NCBI RefSeq assembly: GCF_964355755.1
Contig: NC_092672.1
Location: 37,950,437 to 38,014,436 of the forward strand
DNA length: 64,000 nucleotides
Reading direction: 5' to 3'
Origin: Antedon mediterranea
Lineage: Eukaryota > Animalia > Echinodermata
Shown: piece by piece, positions 12,643 through 26,375 of the stretch
Layout: every line of letters starts with the position of its first letter
How positions within the stretch are numbered: the stretch's first letter is position 1
Position numbers and translations under genes: made by a program
Notes under the pieces: model-generated
Seen by the model: the letters and a program-made list of their open reading frames with translations, nothing else
Database searches by the model: none
What the model was told of the DNA's origin: nothing

Positions 12643-15600
12643 CTATAAGTCACTAGATCTGCAATGAACCAACACATTGAATATCGAATCATCAAAATTC
12701 TGATGAAACGCGTTTTCGATCGAATCCTTGCGTTTGTTTTCTAAAGTTTGCTCTAAATAATCTGCAACTGTAGAAGACGGAACGCGTCCCAAACTATCAT
12801 GTACTTGACATGACGGCCTGATAGACCTAGTAGGTAGTTCATAGTGTGTTCTGGCGATAGTGGAATTCTTTCGGTTTGTCCACACGCCTTCCAGCTGTCT
12901 TTCGTGTGCACGCGGTAGCTTAAGGTTTGCTGTTGGCCTATGTGGCTCAGCTTGGTGTACTGATGGTAGGCGTGTAGACGCTATTAAATCGGGTATTTTG
13001 TCTTCAATTCGACGATTTCCACAAAGAGACAAATCTGGCGTCGTATCTTGTAAGCCCGTGTCCATGGTTTGCACACCAACTTCCTTAATGACAACAAATC
13101 GCCTACAGTTTGTACAGTCCTCTGCGTCAATATGGCGTCTGCAAATTTTCTCTTTTACTTTTCCACGTAGAAAGTCTTCTTCTGATATTTGACTATCTGT
13201 AGTTGATTCAGAATTAGCGTAGTCGTTTACTATATCTATATGTTGAGAGTTATTTTCGTATTTAATGGAATTGCATTTATTACTATTTAATTGTATGTTA
13301 TTTCTAGCTGATTTTCTTAATGTTAATTCGTTCGTATGGTTTGTTAAAGTGTTCTGTTTTGATACGCCAGATAATTCTACAGAAGTCTCGTCAAATGTTT
13401 GATCGTACTTAGCGACATTAGGAGGTGGACTCACATTATTAACAAGTTGCATACTTTCGTTATTGTGTTGTTGAACATAAGATGTGTTACCATCGTTTGA
13501 TAATACGTTCTCCGTTTTACATATAAATTCTCCATTATCGCTTGATATTATTACTTGTATTCCGTGCGGGTCATTCTCGTCCACGACTTCTTGAACATCT
13601 TCAGCAAGTTTAAATTGCACATCGCTATTATGATTCTCAACCAAAAACGTTACGTGTTTCGGAACGGAAAGAAACGTTTTATCCGCCGTCGTCGTCTTAA
13701 AGCTATCAAAGTAGGTAAATTTATCGGATGTTAAATTCGGAAATGAGCGAACTCTCGGCAGGAACCTTGACGTCGAACACTGAACCTCAAATTCGACAAT
13801 TCCATTCGCAGCACCGTTTAATATACCACACTTATACAGGTGTGAATCGGACTTAGACAGGTACGTTTCTGGATCACTCTCCAATTCAGTAACAAATGAC
13901 GTCATAATAGTTCTACCTTCGAAATATTCGATCGAATCTTTGCTTTTCCAATTTGAGAACTTTTTAACTTGCGGCACCAAGTTTAAAGTAACTTGTTTTA
14001 GTCGTTCTCTTCTGGCTGACCACGAGGAGGGTGAATGTGACTTGGATGTAGTGTTTTTAGACGCATTTCCAATTCCGTCTTCAGTAAAGCTGTCATCCTC
14101 TATCTCATTGATTTTACATCGTTCGTTCATTTCGTGTAACTTTTCGTCCTCGCCGCCGCCGCCGCCGTCGTAATTTTTCCTCAAGATTTGATCATACAAC
14201 CCTCTTCGATGTCTTTTTGATATTTTGTATCGTTCTTTTGATCTAAAAAATACAACATAAATGTAAAACTTTATTGGTAATGATATTTTAGTACGGTAAT
14301 GTCCATTGTGCATTCCCATTTGCCTTAAAGCGCACCGTGGAAAGAAATCGTTGGTAATCTTTGTAGGCATTCATATATTTAGGTCTCAAACATAACAATA
14401 AATAATAAAATTAGAACATATAATTTTTGAAAATTAATAATAGTTAATAATGTTTAAAGACAACAATGTGTAGTTCCAAACACAAAACAATTTATTTTTG
14501 TTTGTTTAATTGATGTTGCACAATTAATTGAAATGTGGTGATAAACAGGAGGATTGATGTATATTTTATATTGTAAATGGAACTGATTTTGAAATAATGT
14601 TGTCTAGCCTTCGTCTATTTTAAGACCATGTTCATTACCGCATTAAAATTATTGTAATAATCTAAACAATAATGACTGACATCCGCTAGTTCTGCACTCA
14701 CCTGCAGTAATTGAGACAAATTATCTTCTTGAAGGTTTTACGGAAAACGGATTTGCAGCATATGTAGATAATGGGATTGAGGAGGCTGTTGGTGTAGCCT
14801 AACCACAGGACGAATCGGTCGACGCCGGGTGGCACTTTGCAACCGCCACAAAAAGGAACCAGAAGATAGAGGGTGAAGAATGGTAACCAACAGGCCACAA
14901 ACGTTCCCATTATGACACCTAAAATTGAAGAAATCATATAAAATTAATATTAATAGATTGTGAGTAAAGACAACATACCATTAAATGACCTTTTATTTTC
15001 ATCAAATAGTAACAAAAAATATTTATCTAAATTAGCAGACTATGTACAAGATCAAATTTTCGATCTTAAAAAATCAGTACATGAAGTTTATGGTAAATAA
15101 TTAAAAATGCAGTTAATGAAGTGTTATACAATTAATAAGTTTTTATAATCATTTCTAGTATATATTATTGCTTGTAATCCTGTTCTTACACTGGTTCTTT
15201 ATCTATTTTTTCTTGTATATTGTTGTTTTGAACAAAATAAATGAATGATTTTTACAGGGAAATCCTTGCTACACTGTAGGTTTGGAACGCCTGACAGGCG
15301 AAAAATCAAGACGACGGCATCAATAATTGTTTTATGGTAGACCCCAGGACTCTCTTTCTCTCTGAACATTTCATCCTATACTGAAGGACGACAATGACGT
15401 AGTCAATGTTGTAACAGATTGCCGATAATAACTTATTATTAAATAACACCAACCCCTACTGAAGCAAATATTGATCAATTAACATATTTTGAATGTTGTT
15501 TAAAAACACCGACACTTCTGTTTTTATTAATTAAAGGCTTGAGCTTTTTGAACATGTAGGCGCAATAATTAATAATACTCATCATGTTTTGTAGTACAGT

Positions 15601-16737
15601 AGTTCAAGTAGATTGGCACTTTTCAAACGTCTCTTTCAAAAATTGATGATGTTATCAAATAAAAACATTCACGTATCAAGACATTTCTTTAGAAGTAAAT
15701 TGTAAATAAAAAATGAATGATTTTTACTGTGAACAAGGCCATATACATGCAGTGCGTTCTCAATTTAGTGTTTACCAACCAACTGACTGTAAATTGTTTA
15801 TATAGAAATAAGTAACACACTTACCAAGCGTTTTAACAGTTTTTATTTCGGCTTCATCAACCTTGCTAAGCTTCTTACCACCAACATACCACTTCTTCAG
15901 TGTTTTCTTACCCCATCTTATCCGGGCACCATTCTTCTTTTTGTTGGCATCAGAAGAGAATGACACTCGTCCTGTTATGTAACAATTTGATGACGTTGAC
16001 ATCCGTTTAGGACGGTTGTACGACGACGCCGCTCTACGAAAACGAGCTCCTTGTTTAGCTAGTCGAAATATTTTATAATAAACAACATTTAAAAGCAAAA
16101 GTGGTATGAAAAACGATCCGCACGATGAATAGATGACGTATGTACGATCTGTGTCGTACATACACGTATATTCACTGCGTACGCGCGTAGGCCATCCAAA
16201 AAGAGGCGGGCTTGCTATTATAACCGATAAAACCCACACAACTGAGATTGTGATTGCCGCTCTTGTTGTTGTCTGCTTCGTGGCGTATTTCAAAGGTGAA
16301 GAAATTGACCAGTACCGATTTAACCCAATAGCACAAAGATTTAATATAGATGCCGTACAACATGTTACATCAGTGAAAATAAACAGATCGCAAGCAAAAT
16401 TGCTGCTGTACCAATGTCCACCATTGACCTCAACACGTAGTTGCATTGGCATAACAATGATCCCGAGTGATAGATCCGCCACTGCTAGCGAAGCAAAGAA
16501 GTAGTTCTCAAACTTGTGCAACTTGGGTTCGATTACGACCGCTATAATTGTGAGTAAATTACCAATGATAGTGAACACAGTTAGAAGACCAACAGCCAGT
16601 GCTACAGGGGCCACTCTCTTTAATGGAATGTTGTCTTGTGTGTCGTCACCATCATTTAATAATTTCACCAGTGATGTTGACAGCAGAGTGCCATTAATAT
16701 CATATGGAGTTGTAGTAGAACCCATATTGTGTTCCAT
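12643..16737 (-). CDS. Class A aminergic GPCR (tyramine-1/alpha2-adrenergic-like); exons 16737-15825, 14918-14702, 14242-12643; 909 aa
   Basis: TM1 GN, TM2 LAVAD, TM3 D3.32 (FTDVTCCTASILNLCAIGLNRY), TM4 W, TM5 YVIYSSCGSFFIP (S5.42/S5.43/S5.46), TM6 CWLPFF, TM7 WLGYTNSLLNPIIY. Both introns are GT-AG with matching phases: 913+217+1600 = 2730 nt = 910 codons including the stop. Confidence 0.9.
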
Positions 16738-17852
16738 CTCTCTTTACAAACAAAACTTGGATAATTCAGTGGCCATTTCAAAACAGTATTGTTTATTTAA
16801 TCTCCATTTCATTTCTTTTTATCGCACTAGGTCCTCTTCTTGTGTGTGTAATTAGTCGAAATACTGACTTCTAGCAAGTGATAACTGGAAAGAATACGGT
16901 AAGCATCTACTGTCATATATTATCACAATCATTCTAACTCTTACATTAATTTATTCTTAAGATTATAGTAGATTTCAAATGCACTTAATTACGGTACTTA
17001 AATCGTTCAAATTATTAATTAAAACTTACATGCATGCGTATAGCGCGTACCGTCAACGCAGAGATACGCCGATCGTAATTACTCCAAGTAGTTCCGTTCA
17101 AACGTGTTATGATTTGTAATCTCTATCGTGTAGGTCTGTGCTTGTATGTTAGGACATCATTCAGAAATGTTGAGTAATGCTTACTTAATGTGAATTCTTC
17201 TCAGTGGCCAATCAAAACCCGTTAATCAAACCGTGGTGTAATTGTATTAAATTGATGACGGCTAAGTATGTGGTTATGACTGCAGATAATGATGAGGGCG
17301 TTTGAAATAATTCACAACGCTTTTGAAGAAGAGGCTAATAGGTTACTACAGTAGGCATCCCATATGGGATGAAGGTTGTTACCAGACGACGCGATGCTGC
17401 ATGTTGTTTCTTGTCGCTAAGCATGATACCGCCCTTGTCATGGTTTCGATACTGTTGTGGGTGGGAATTCTGAACAGCTTGTCGAACTGAAGACGCTAAC
17501 CTCCGAGTACGTTGTTCGATAGAGGCCATTGTATCTGCTGCGTGACGCCTATAGTTCGCACTTCTACCAACTCAATAAATTGACTACTTACTAAATCGAA
17601 TGATGACATTAAACCTCGGTGTTATAATAATAATAATTATTATTCAATCTATTAAAACCCATAGACAATGGCATAGTAAAAAAGGTTAACGATCCGAAAT
17701 ATCTGCGAAGGGTCTTCAACGTTTATTCTTTAAAACAAAATAACCTTAAGTAGATAAAGATGCATTTTTTCTACAGAAAACAAAAAGAAATTAGTCTTAA
17801 TCGAGCTACCGTATTTATAATTCTAGAGTTCCTATGAACTTTAAAATTACTA

Positions 17853-18708
17853 GAGGGGCTTGGTCCAATCCTGTTTGTTGCCTTCATTGATGACCTCAAG
17901 GCCGATCTGCCGCTTATGAAATATATGGACGATACAACCTTCTACCAAAGATATAATAAGAACTCCGAGTGCAAAATTCAAGATAGTATGAACAGTATAT
18001 TTAAATGGTGCGAAGAAAATGGTATGAAACTGAATGAGAAAAAATTGGTTTAACTGCGCATTACATGTAAGAGAACACCAACTGAGTTTGACCCAATCAC
18101 TGTGAATGGATCTGAAGTCAAGTGTGTTGAGCATGCAAAGTTACTAGGTGTCAATCTTGACCGTAAATTGTCGTGGCAGACGCATGTTGACTGTTTAACC
18201 AAGCGCGTTCAACCAAGGTTGTTTTTTCTCAAACAACTCAAGAGGTCTGGCTTAGATAGACTGGAACTGCTCCGATACTATCAAGCAGTGATACGACCAG
18301 TTCTCGAATATGCCTGTGCTGTTTGGTCCCCGAGTTTATCCAAAGCACAATCTGACCAAATCGAACATGTCCAAAAAAGAGCGTGTAACATAATATGCCA
18401 CGATGGTACCTCGTATGCTGATACCCGCAGATACCTTAATATCATCACTCTATCTGAACGCCGCGAGAAGTTGTCAAGAATTATTTGATAAAATGAATAA
18501 AGAAGATCATAGATTACACTCTCTCTTACCGAAACCTCCCACACACAACCATCAGCTCCGACGCGTTAGATCGTTCACCCTCCCCAAAGTCAGGACACAA
18601 CGCACAAAAAACTTCATTATTTTCCACGTAGTTTTCAATGATTGGTGAATGATCAGAAACTGAGTTATGATAAGCAAATTTGGTTTGTTACTGGATGTAG
18701 GCCCTACC

Positions 18709-18739
<31 letters not shown>

Positions 18740-19016
18740 GATTTTTATAGCGCACATACCACTCCAGAGTGCTCAAGGTGCATTTAAAAATAAAAAATAA
18801 ATAAATCATACAAATTCCTGACAAATAAAATGCAATTTCTTTACCATCTACCATGATGGCCTTTGAAAGACTGATTTGTGGACTATGATATATTTTAGTA
18901 ACTTGTTTGTTTGTGTTATACTATGTTTTTTTTTCTTTGATAAAGTTTTTTAAATATTTATGTCAACTTTATCACTGTTTACTGGATGCAATAAAGGAAA
19001 TAAATAAATAAATAAA
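17853..19016 (+). mobile_element. 5'-truncated, frameshifted non-LTR retrotransposon (CR1/L2/Rex1-like RT C-terminus plus 3' UTR)
   Basis: LGPILFVAFIDDL...KYMDDTT (RT YxDD motif), KLLGVNLDRKLSW, RLFFLKQLKR, IRPVLEYACAVW, IEHVQKRA. Ends in a (TAAA)n tail. Possible agggg TSD. An (AAT)n tract at 18709-18738 is probably the tail of a second, nested insertion. Confidence 0.85.
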
Positions 19017-22000
19017 GGGGGAAATTCGAGTAGTAACTTTATAACTAGTGCCCTCTATTTTGAAAGTGTAAGTTCAGTAGCCTTTATGCTGTCGTGATAA
19101 AATAATATGGACTTGTTTACCGTAACAACGTCTGGTTCACATGTATTGACAGAACTCATTGATGCATAGAGATATGGATTCGATGAGAGTTTATCATCAG
19201 AAACCATGCGTAACAAATGTATTTTGCTCCTTATCTACGTATATCAACGCTATGAATTATCTATGGATTTGATACCTGTGTGTCTACTATGAAACTAGAA
19301 TCTTTAATTTTTCTCATCATAATGTAATAAACCTGATCGACGTTGGAGATTACTTCTCTCAAACGACTGTCTGTAGCCAGCCAAAATACATTTTGCCGGT
19401 AAGTAGGCCTAGTCACACACTGCCTACCCACCCCTCTCTGCGGGGGAACACTGACTGATAAGAGACTTTCTCTCAGGCCTAGGACAAAGTAATGTTGTTT
19501 AGTTAGTATCTACTACTACTTTAATAGAGTGATATATTGATGTATATTATCTGAGCATCAAGATATAGGCCTAGCTCTAATATTGTATATATTATCTTGT
19601 TATATGACTACTGTCTGACTGTTGTCTTGTATTTTGTATTGTGTAGATGTGTAGTGCTACAGTACAGTGTCAGTATATTTGGAACGCAACGGAACGTTAA
19701 TTAATTGTGGTTTTTGTATTTGATACCCCCATAGAATAGCGATCACTCCGAATTAGTCACAACTTACTATTGTGTGATTAATTTTTAACTCCGATGTATC
19801 CGGTTCATTTCTCAATTAGCTGTTCTTTTATAATGAAGCGACATATTTAATAAGCCTATTAAATGTATTACTATTTATTATACCAGCAGATACTGATAGT
19901 AATTAATGTATTTTAATTCAAAATAATATATTCAAAGTGAATCTCAACCTTATATTAATTGTTTTCTACTCAAATGAAAAAGTTTACATTTTGAACAATA
20001 GAAGAATATGGGATTCAATTGATAACATTTTTAGTGTATACGTCTGATATTTAAAAAATATATAAAAAATACATACGGTTGTAATTAGTGTAGGCCTAGG
20101 CCTGTCTAGCATAATTAACGATACGATAAGATTCTTGATAAAATATTACCATCCTTAATTCTGCTGGCATTTATTAAAAACAATTAAGACATGAGTAGAG
20201 GGTTAGTTAATGTATTCAGTTCTGCTCTACGGCGAATTTTTATTGATCGTTGTCAACTTCTGGCCACGTAATACTAATAGTTACTTGAAACGCTTTGTTT
20301 GTATTGTACTGCATGCCAGCCTTGCTCCTCGTAGCTTTTTAATAGGGGTTATAAGAATGACAGTACTACATGTAAGTTCATTTCTTTATTCAAATTCAAA
20401 ACAATATAACATTAAGCAACAGTACAGGAATGAATTCAGGGTAGCACAAAATAGTAACCACTGGTCACACTTATTTCCATTGTGGCCCTCAATAACTTCT
20501 ATTTATAATAATATTAAAGGACCATTTTTCATAGTTTTTACCAAGTTAGTATCACATTTCTTTCTTTATTTATCCAACAATTAAAAACAAATACATATAT
20601 ATATATATATAACATTATAATATTATAAAACATTTAAATAATTGAATAAAAAAGAAGAAGAGAAGGCAACTTCATGCCTATCTAGCTCTATTCCCTTTAT
20701 AACTATAATATTTCAATTTAAATCAAATCAAACCAATATTGTAGGCCTACAATTCGTACACATTATTGTATAAAGGATACAAACCACCAGTATGACCATG
20801 GCCTCTTCCTTGTGATGATACGGATTTTTGACAGTGTATGTTTAATTGATGATATAAATATAATGTATATATATGAATCTCCTTATTTGTCAAAAAATAT
20901 CACAGCTACTGTTTACTATTATTATTACGATTATAATTATTTATTACTATAACAAACATGACATTTGGTCATTTAATTACACTAGCAAAGTACAAATCTC
21001 GTTACTCTAGTGTTAGCTGTTTTAGCTTCCATTTTATGACCCAAGATTCGTCGTCGTTGTTGTAGTACAGTTAATGGTCATACAATACGTCGTTACCGTA
21101 TGCTTATATTGATCATGGCCGCTGCTGTTATTATTGTTGTGGAATCCAACAGAATGGAACGATTCGTGAATATCATTGTTTGCCGTATTGTATCGTAAAT
21201 TGAGTCTATCAGCGTGAATAACTACTATAAAAGGCTTGTAATAATTGTAATCTCCAAGCATGTATTCCCATTCAAACGATTTGAAGAGGTTTAGACAATA
21301 GACAGAAATCAATACAGTACTCGCCATACCATATGATCACCGCAATTAAAATAATATTTTAGCACAATAAATATTGTACCGTCTATTTGATGATTAATGG
21401 TAAATCAGTATTTGTTTATATTTATTCCAAACACTTCAATATACTGAGTTAATATAATTAAATACGCTATATTTACTCAGAAACTGACAGGCATAGCAAT
21501 GTGTAAGACTAGATTTAATTTACCCTTTTTCATTACATTTGTATTAAATGATTTTAATGAGCAAATTCCGAAGATAAAGCTGATTTGTTCTCTCTCTCTA
21601 GCAATGTTAAGCGCATTCAAGTAAGTCGAACAATCACGAAACGAGTCGTGATTGGTTAAACTGCTTGCGTTGCGCGTACGTGCTTGCGTTACCGTTTACG
21701 TGATGGGAACTAAGCTACTACTAACGGTTTTTTTTTTCAGTTGGACAATGTGCAGTGATACATTGCAGTCTGGTCTATCGTATTACAGCATTAGCTATAG
21801 GCTGCACAATCGAATCGTGAGTTTAGATAAAGACAAAATAAAATAATTGACACATCTTAATATTATGAAATAGCATTTTCACAGACGATTATTATTCCCG
21901 TTCTCGTTCTAGGCTGTACGACACGTTTGAATGAACGCGGTATAATAACGTTTTCATATCGAAATTACTCCAGAGAATATAGGCTGTGTTAACAAATAGA

Positions 22001-22626
22001 TGATGAACCGTATATGACAAGTACAAAATGATACGGCTACTCTGTAACGAGTATCATTTATCATAATGTGATGACGTCATTATGGGCGTCCACTACTTGT
22101 TATTATAACGGCCTTTGTTTGATATTATTCCTTAATCATTTATCCAGAATCATAATATTTATAGTTAGTAAATGATTGCAGTTTATAAAATAAAAAATGG
22201 AAGTATATTATATTCGTTTATTCATTAAACGTGGACAATAAATTAAATCGCGTTACAATGACGTAGACAAAAACGTATACTACAAGCGACCTAGTGATGA
22301 GGAACCGCAAACCCACACAAGGGTGATATGTTCGTCTACTACCTCCCCTTCCCGTGTTGTAGATATACTGTTTTATTTTACGTGAATGGAATCGTTTTTA
22401 TAATGCGTTGCTGCTTTCAATCATTTTGCATATTGTAATTATTATTAGTTGTAACCTTGTTGTCATGCTATATTACGAATCAGTAACGTACAGTTTTCTG
22501 TTGGTACTTTGGTACGTATATTGCAATATGGTGGTGTCTTCAGTCAAACCATTTTTTGTTGTTGTGCGGAGGGGAGGCGGGGGAGAGGGACGTCGAACTG
22601 TACATTTTGTTTTATTTATTATAGAC

Positions 22627-25600
22627 TAGTCCAGATTTGAGAAAAATGAAATGCTGTAGGCATTTCGTGTTTTAAGCGAATAAACATGTGTTTTAGGGTA
22701 ATTTTGGGGTGCTGAATTCAAATTTGCTGTTTACCCCGCTCAATTTTTAGATCTTCACCCTTAAAATGTGAAAAACAAAATGGCCGCCATTTCAGACTTA
22801 TTTTGGCTTATAACTTGACTTTTAAATGGACGTAGCAAGTTAAAAATGGTGTCTATACCTATGTTTGTGATAGTGAAGATTCCAACTATATTGTTATTAA
22901 AGTTGAAAATATTCTATTTCAGCCGCCATGTTGAAATCCAAGATGGCCGCCATTTTAAACGTATTTTGGCTTATAACTTGACTTTTAATTAACATAGCAA
23001 GTTAAAAATAGTTTCTATACCTATGTTTGTGATACTGAGGATTCCAAATATATTGTTATTAAAGTTGTAAATATTCTATTTCAGCCTCCATGTTGGAATT
23101 CAAGATGGTCGCCATTTAAAACGTATTTTGGCTTATAACTTGACATATAAGTAACATAGTAGGTTAGAAATGATGTCTATACAGTACCTATGTTTGTGAT
23201 ACTGAGGATTCCAAATATATTGTTATTAAAGTTGTAAATATTCTATTTCAGCCGCCATGTTGAAATCCAAGATGGCCGCCATCATTTTAAACGTATTTTG
23301 GCTTATAACTTGACTTTTAATTAACATAGCATGTTAAAAATGGTTTCTACCTATAGTCCAGTAAAAGTATGGTTGAACCTAGAACAAATTGCAACATAAT
23401 TTGTTTTTGTTTTGTCTGGTTGATATGGTCCAAATTAACATCATATCCAAAGTTTACCAAAATCGGACATCGTGAAGTGGGTTCATTAGAATAAATTGAA
23501 AATGGCCGCCATTTACCATTTTGAAGCCCTGTATATTATCTCCTTAACGGTTGGTTTTACTTATAGACCACCTACTGTAAGTGAATCACTATTAATTATT
23601 ATTAATCAGATGTCTTGTTAATTTTGGACTGAACAAAAGATGCATGTTTCGAATTCATTCATAATTCATATCTTTGTTTCTTTGCAAGTACAGATCGTTT
23701 CTCATTCGAAATGCCATTGAAGATGTTGCCATTTGCTAACCAGTGTTTTCTTTAACTACAGATTTTTCCACTATATTGCTTCTTCTGTCTTAAAATATTT
23801 TTTTAATGATGGCAAAGTAATAGTAGGCCCCTAATAGATTTAATGCTCCATCTGCATTCAAAGTTTCGATTCCATTTCCTGAAATTTTTTGCCAAGGAAG
23901 TTAAATACTGCTTGTTGTAGAAATTTAAATACTGTAATTAAGTACCAATTATCAATTTATTCACCATTTCAATTTATTTCAAATTCATAAAGATTTATAA
24001 CAAATGCTGGTGTGGATGACATAAGAACAAAGCTTGTTTACCGGTCACAGGTAGTGATGGCAAGTTAGAAAATTACCCAAACCCTTTGAATACCGTTGAT
24101 ATGCAGTATCTTTAACTGATGGTTCTTCATCCTTGTTGGCACAATATAATGTCCTTTATGCTCGATGAATCTTGGAAACAGCATTATAATATAAGCCAAA
24201 AAAGTTGTTGACTTGGTCACCAAACAGGTAAAATTCTGGCAATGAAATAGCAACTTTGATTGCAGATGAAGATGCTCACTTGTTATACCAAAAACTGCAA
24301 TATGACATTATTTATTTCATGTGTCATTTCAATTTTGGATGTTTCCATACACGTTTGATCCAATAGACTGGGGTAATAATGTTTCACAACATTAGGCGCT
24401 ATATAAATCCACGATATTATTGTATGAAAACTATTAATTTGATATCTAATTATTATACTATAAATTAAACTTATATTTATGTGTGTAGGCCTACATATTA
24501 CCACTAATTGCAAAGCATATATAGCTTAATGTTTATTGCGTTATAATTGTTTAATGGGCTAGGCGTTGTGCAGGTGTTCACAGGTCCCCAGGGCACAGAG
24601 AACTACATGCACAACAGGCCTAGGATATGCGCAAAAGCAAGGCAAGTCAGAAATTTATGCGAGGCATCGTTTTACCATCATCAAAAAATGCGAGGCATTA
24701 TTTTATCATTTCCCAAAATTTAGGATCGATTATTATACTTTGAAAACAGAACAGTATCAGCAGTAACATATTACAGCATTTTTATTGACAAATTAACAAA
24801 TATATTGCGATTAAACGTGTTTTTCACCAATAAATGCATGAGAAATTGACGCATTCCACTTTGTTTTAGTCCTCTATTATCATTTTGGCCGTGAAGCTTA
24901 ATTCTATTTCCTTATTCTGAATTGAAGGCATTATAATACTGTAGATGAAAAAACCTCAAAACGTCCAGTATCATTTACTACTATGGCTAATGCTATCATC
25001 TTACACTATTGATAATTTTATAAATTACAGTACCTTTTTTTTGTAAACATTTTGTACTGTACTTTTATAAGTGTTACCCCAAATTTCACAACAATGATTA
25101 ATATATGGTAATATCAATGCATAAATAAAATAAATTATACACTACTTTTTAGCAGTTTTCTCAATTTATATATTATTATTATAGGCCTACTGATGTCTTT
25201 ATCAATTGTTGTTTGTATACATTTAACATGTTTGTTTTTTTACCAATTTTACAATCTATTTCTATTCCGAGAAATGTTTTGATATAAATACGTTGTTGTT
25301 GTATTGAATTAATTCTGTGAAGTCTTTTTGACCAACTCTTTCATTATCATTATAAACAAACAATTTGAACATTGTAGTCAACTTATACCAGCCTAAAGGG
25401 TCTTTCACACCTGTTCCGGCACGGTTCCGGTCCGGCGAATCGAACATCAATGTTTCGTTTTCACGCGGCTATGCGCCAATCGATATGTGCGGAACAGGTG
25501 TGAAAGACCCTTTAAGGGTAACTTTGTTACTACCCTGTGTGTGTGTTTAAAATAGGTGCCATCTTTGATTTCAACATGGCGGCTGTTTACAACTTTAATA

Positions 25601-26375
25601 ACAATATATTTGGAATCCTCAGTATCACAAACATAGGTACTGTATAGACATAATTTCTAACCTACTATGTTACTTATAATATGTCAAGTTATAAGCCAAA
25701 ATACGTTTTAAATGGCGACCATCTTGAATTCCAACATGGCGACTGAAATAGAATATTTACAACTTTAATAACAATATATTTGGAATCCTCAGTATCACAA
25801 ACATAGGTACTGTATAGACATCATTTCTAACCTACTATGTTACTTATATGTTAAGTTATAAGCCAAAATACGTTTTAAATGGCGACCATCTTGACTTCCA
25901 ACATGGAGGCTAAAATAGAATATTTACAACTTTAATAACAATATATTTGGAATCCTCAGTATCACAAACATAGGTATAGAAACTATTTTTAACTTGCTAT
26001 GTTAATTAAAAGTCAAGTTATAAGCCAAAATACGTTTAAAATGGCGGCCATCTTGGATTTTAATATGGCGGCTGAAATAGAATATTTGCAACTTTAATAA
26101 CAATATAGTTGGAATCTTCACTATCACAAACATAGGTATAGACACCATTTTTAACTTGCTACGTCACTTAAAAGTCAAGTTATAAGCCAAAATAAGTCTG
26201 AAATGGCGGCCATTTTGTTTTTCACATTTTAAGGGTGAAGATCTAAAAATTAAGCTGGGTAAACAGCAAATTTGAATTCAGCACCCCAAAATTACCCTAA
26301 AACACATGTTTATTCGCTTTTAACACGAAATGCCTACAGCATCTTATTAGAGTGGAAATATGACTATCTGGACTA
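22627..26375. mobile_element. Academ-like DNA transposon (non-autonomous or decayed) with ~700-bp inverted arms built from ~160-bp tandem units
   Basis: Termini TAGTCCAGA / TCTGGACTA. 22650-23350 is the reverse complement of ~25550-26342. Each unit contains aaaatggccgccat/aagatggccgccat. A second tagtccag occurs at 23354. No TSD or intact ORF found; the superfamily call rests only on the TAG termini. Confidence 0.65.
25397..25511. mobile_element. PIF/Harbinger-like mini-MITE, 115 bp, nested in the Academ-like element
   Basis: 22-bp perfect TIR agggtctttcacacctgttccg / cggaacaggtgtgaaagaccct, flanked by TAA/TTA. Confidence 0.7.

Noticed and set aside
14243-14370. N-terminal 43 codons of the 575-aa ORF as the start of a standalone gene
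   Set aside because: They lie upstream of a polypyrimidine/AG acceptor at 14243-14244 whose phase matches GPCR exon 2, so they are better read as intron.
12860-16855. Plus-strand ORFs at 12860, 13940, 16133 and 16514
   Set aside because: Antisense shadows of the GPCR exons.
23400-25380. Transposase remnants inside the Academ-like element
   Set aside because: The frames inspected were interrupted by stops and no transposase motif was recognisable.
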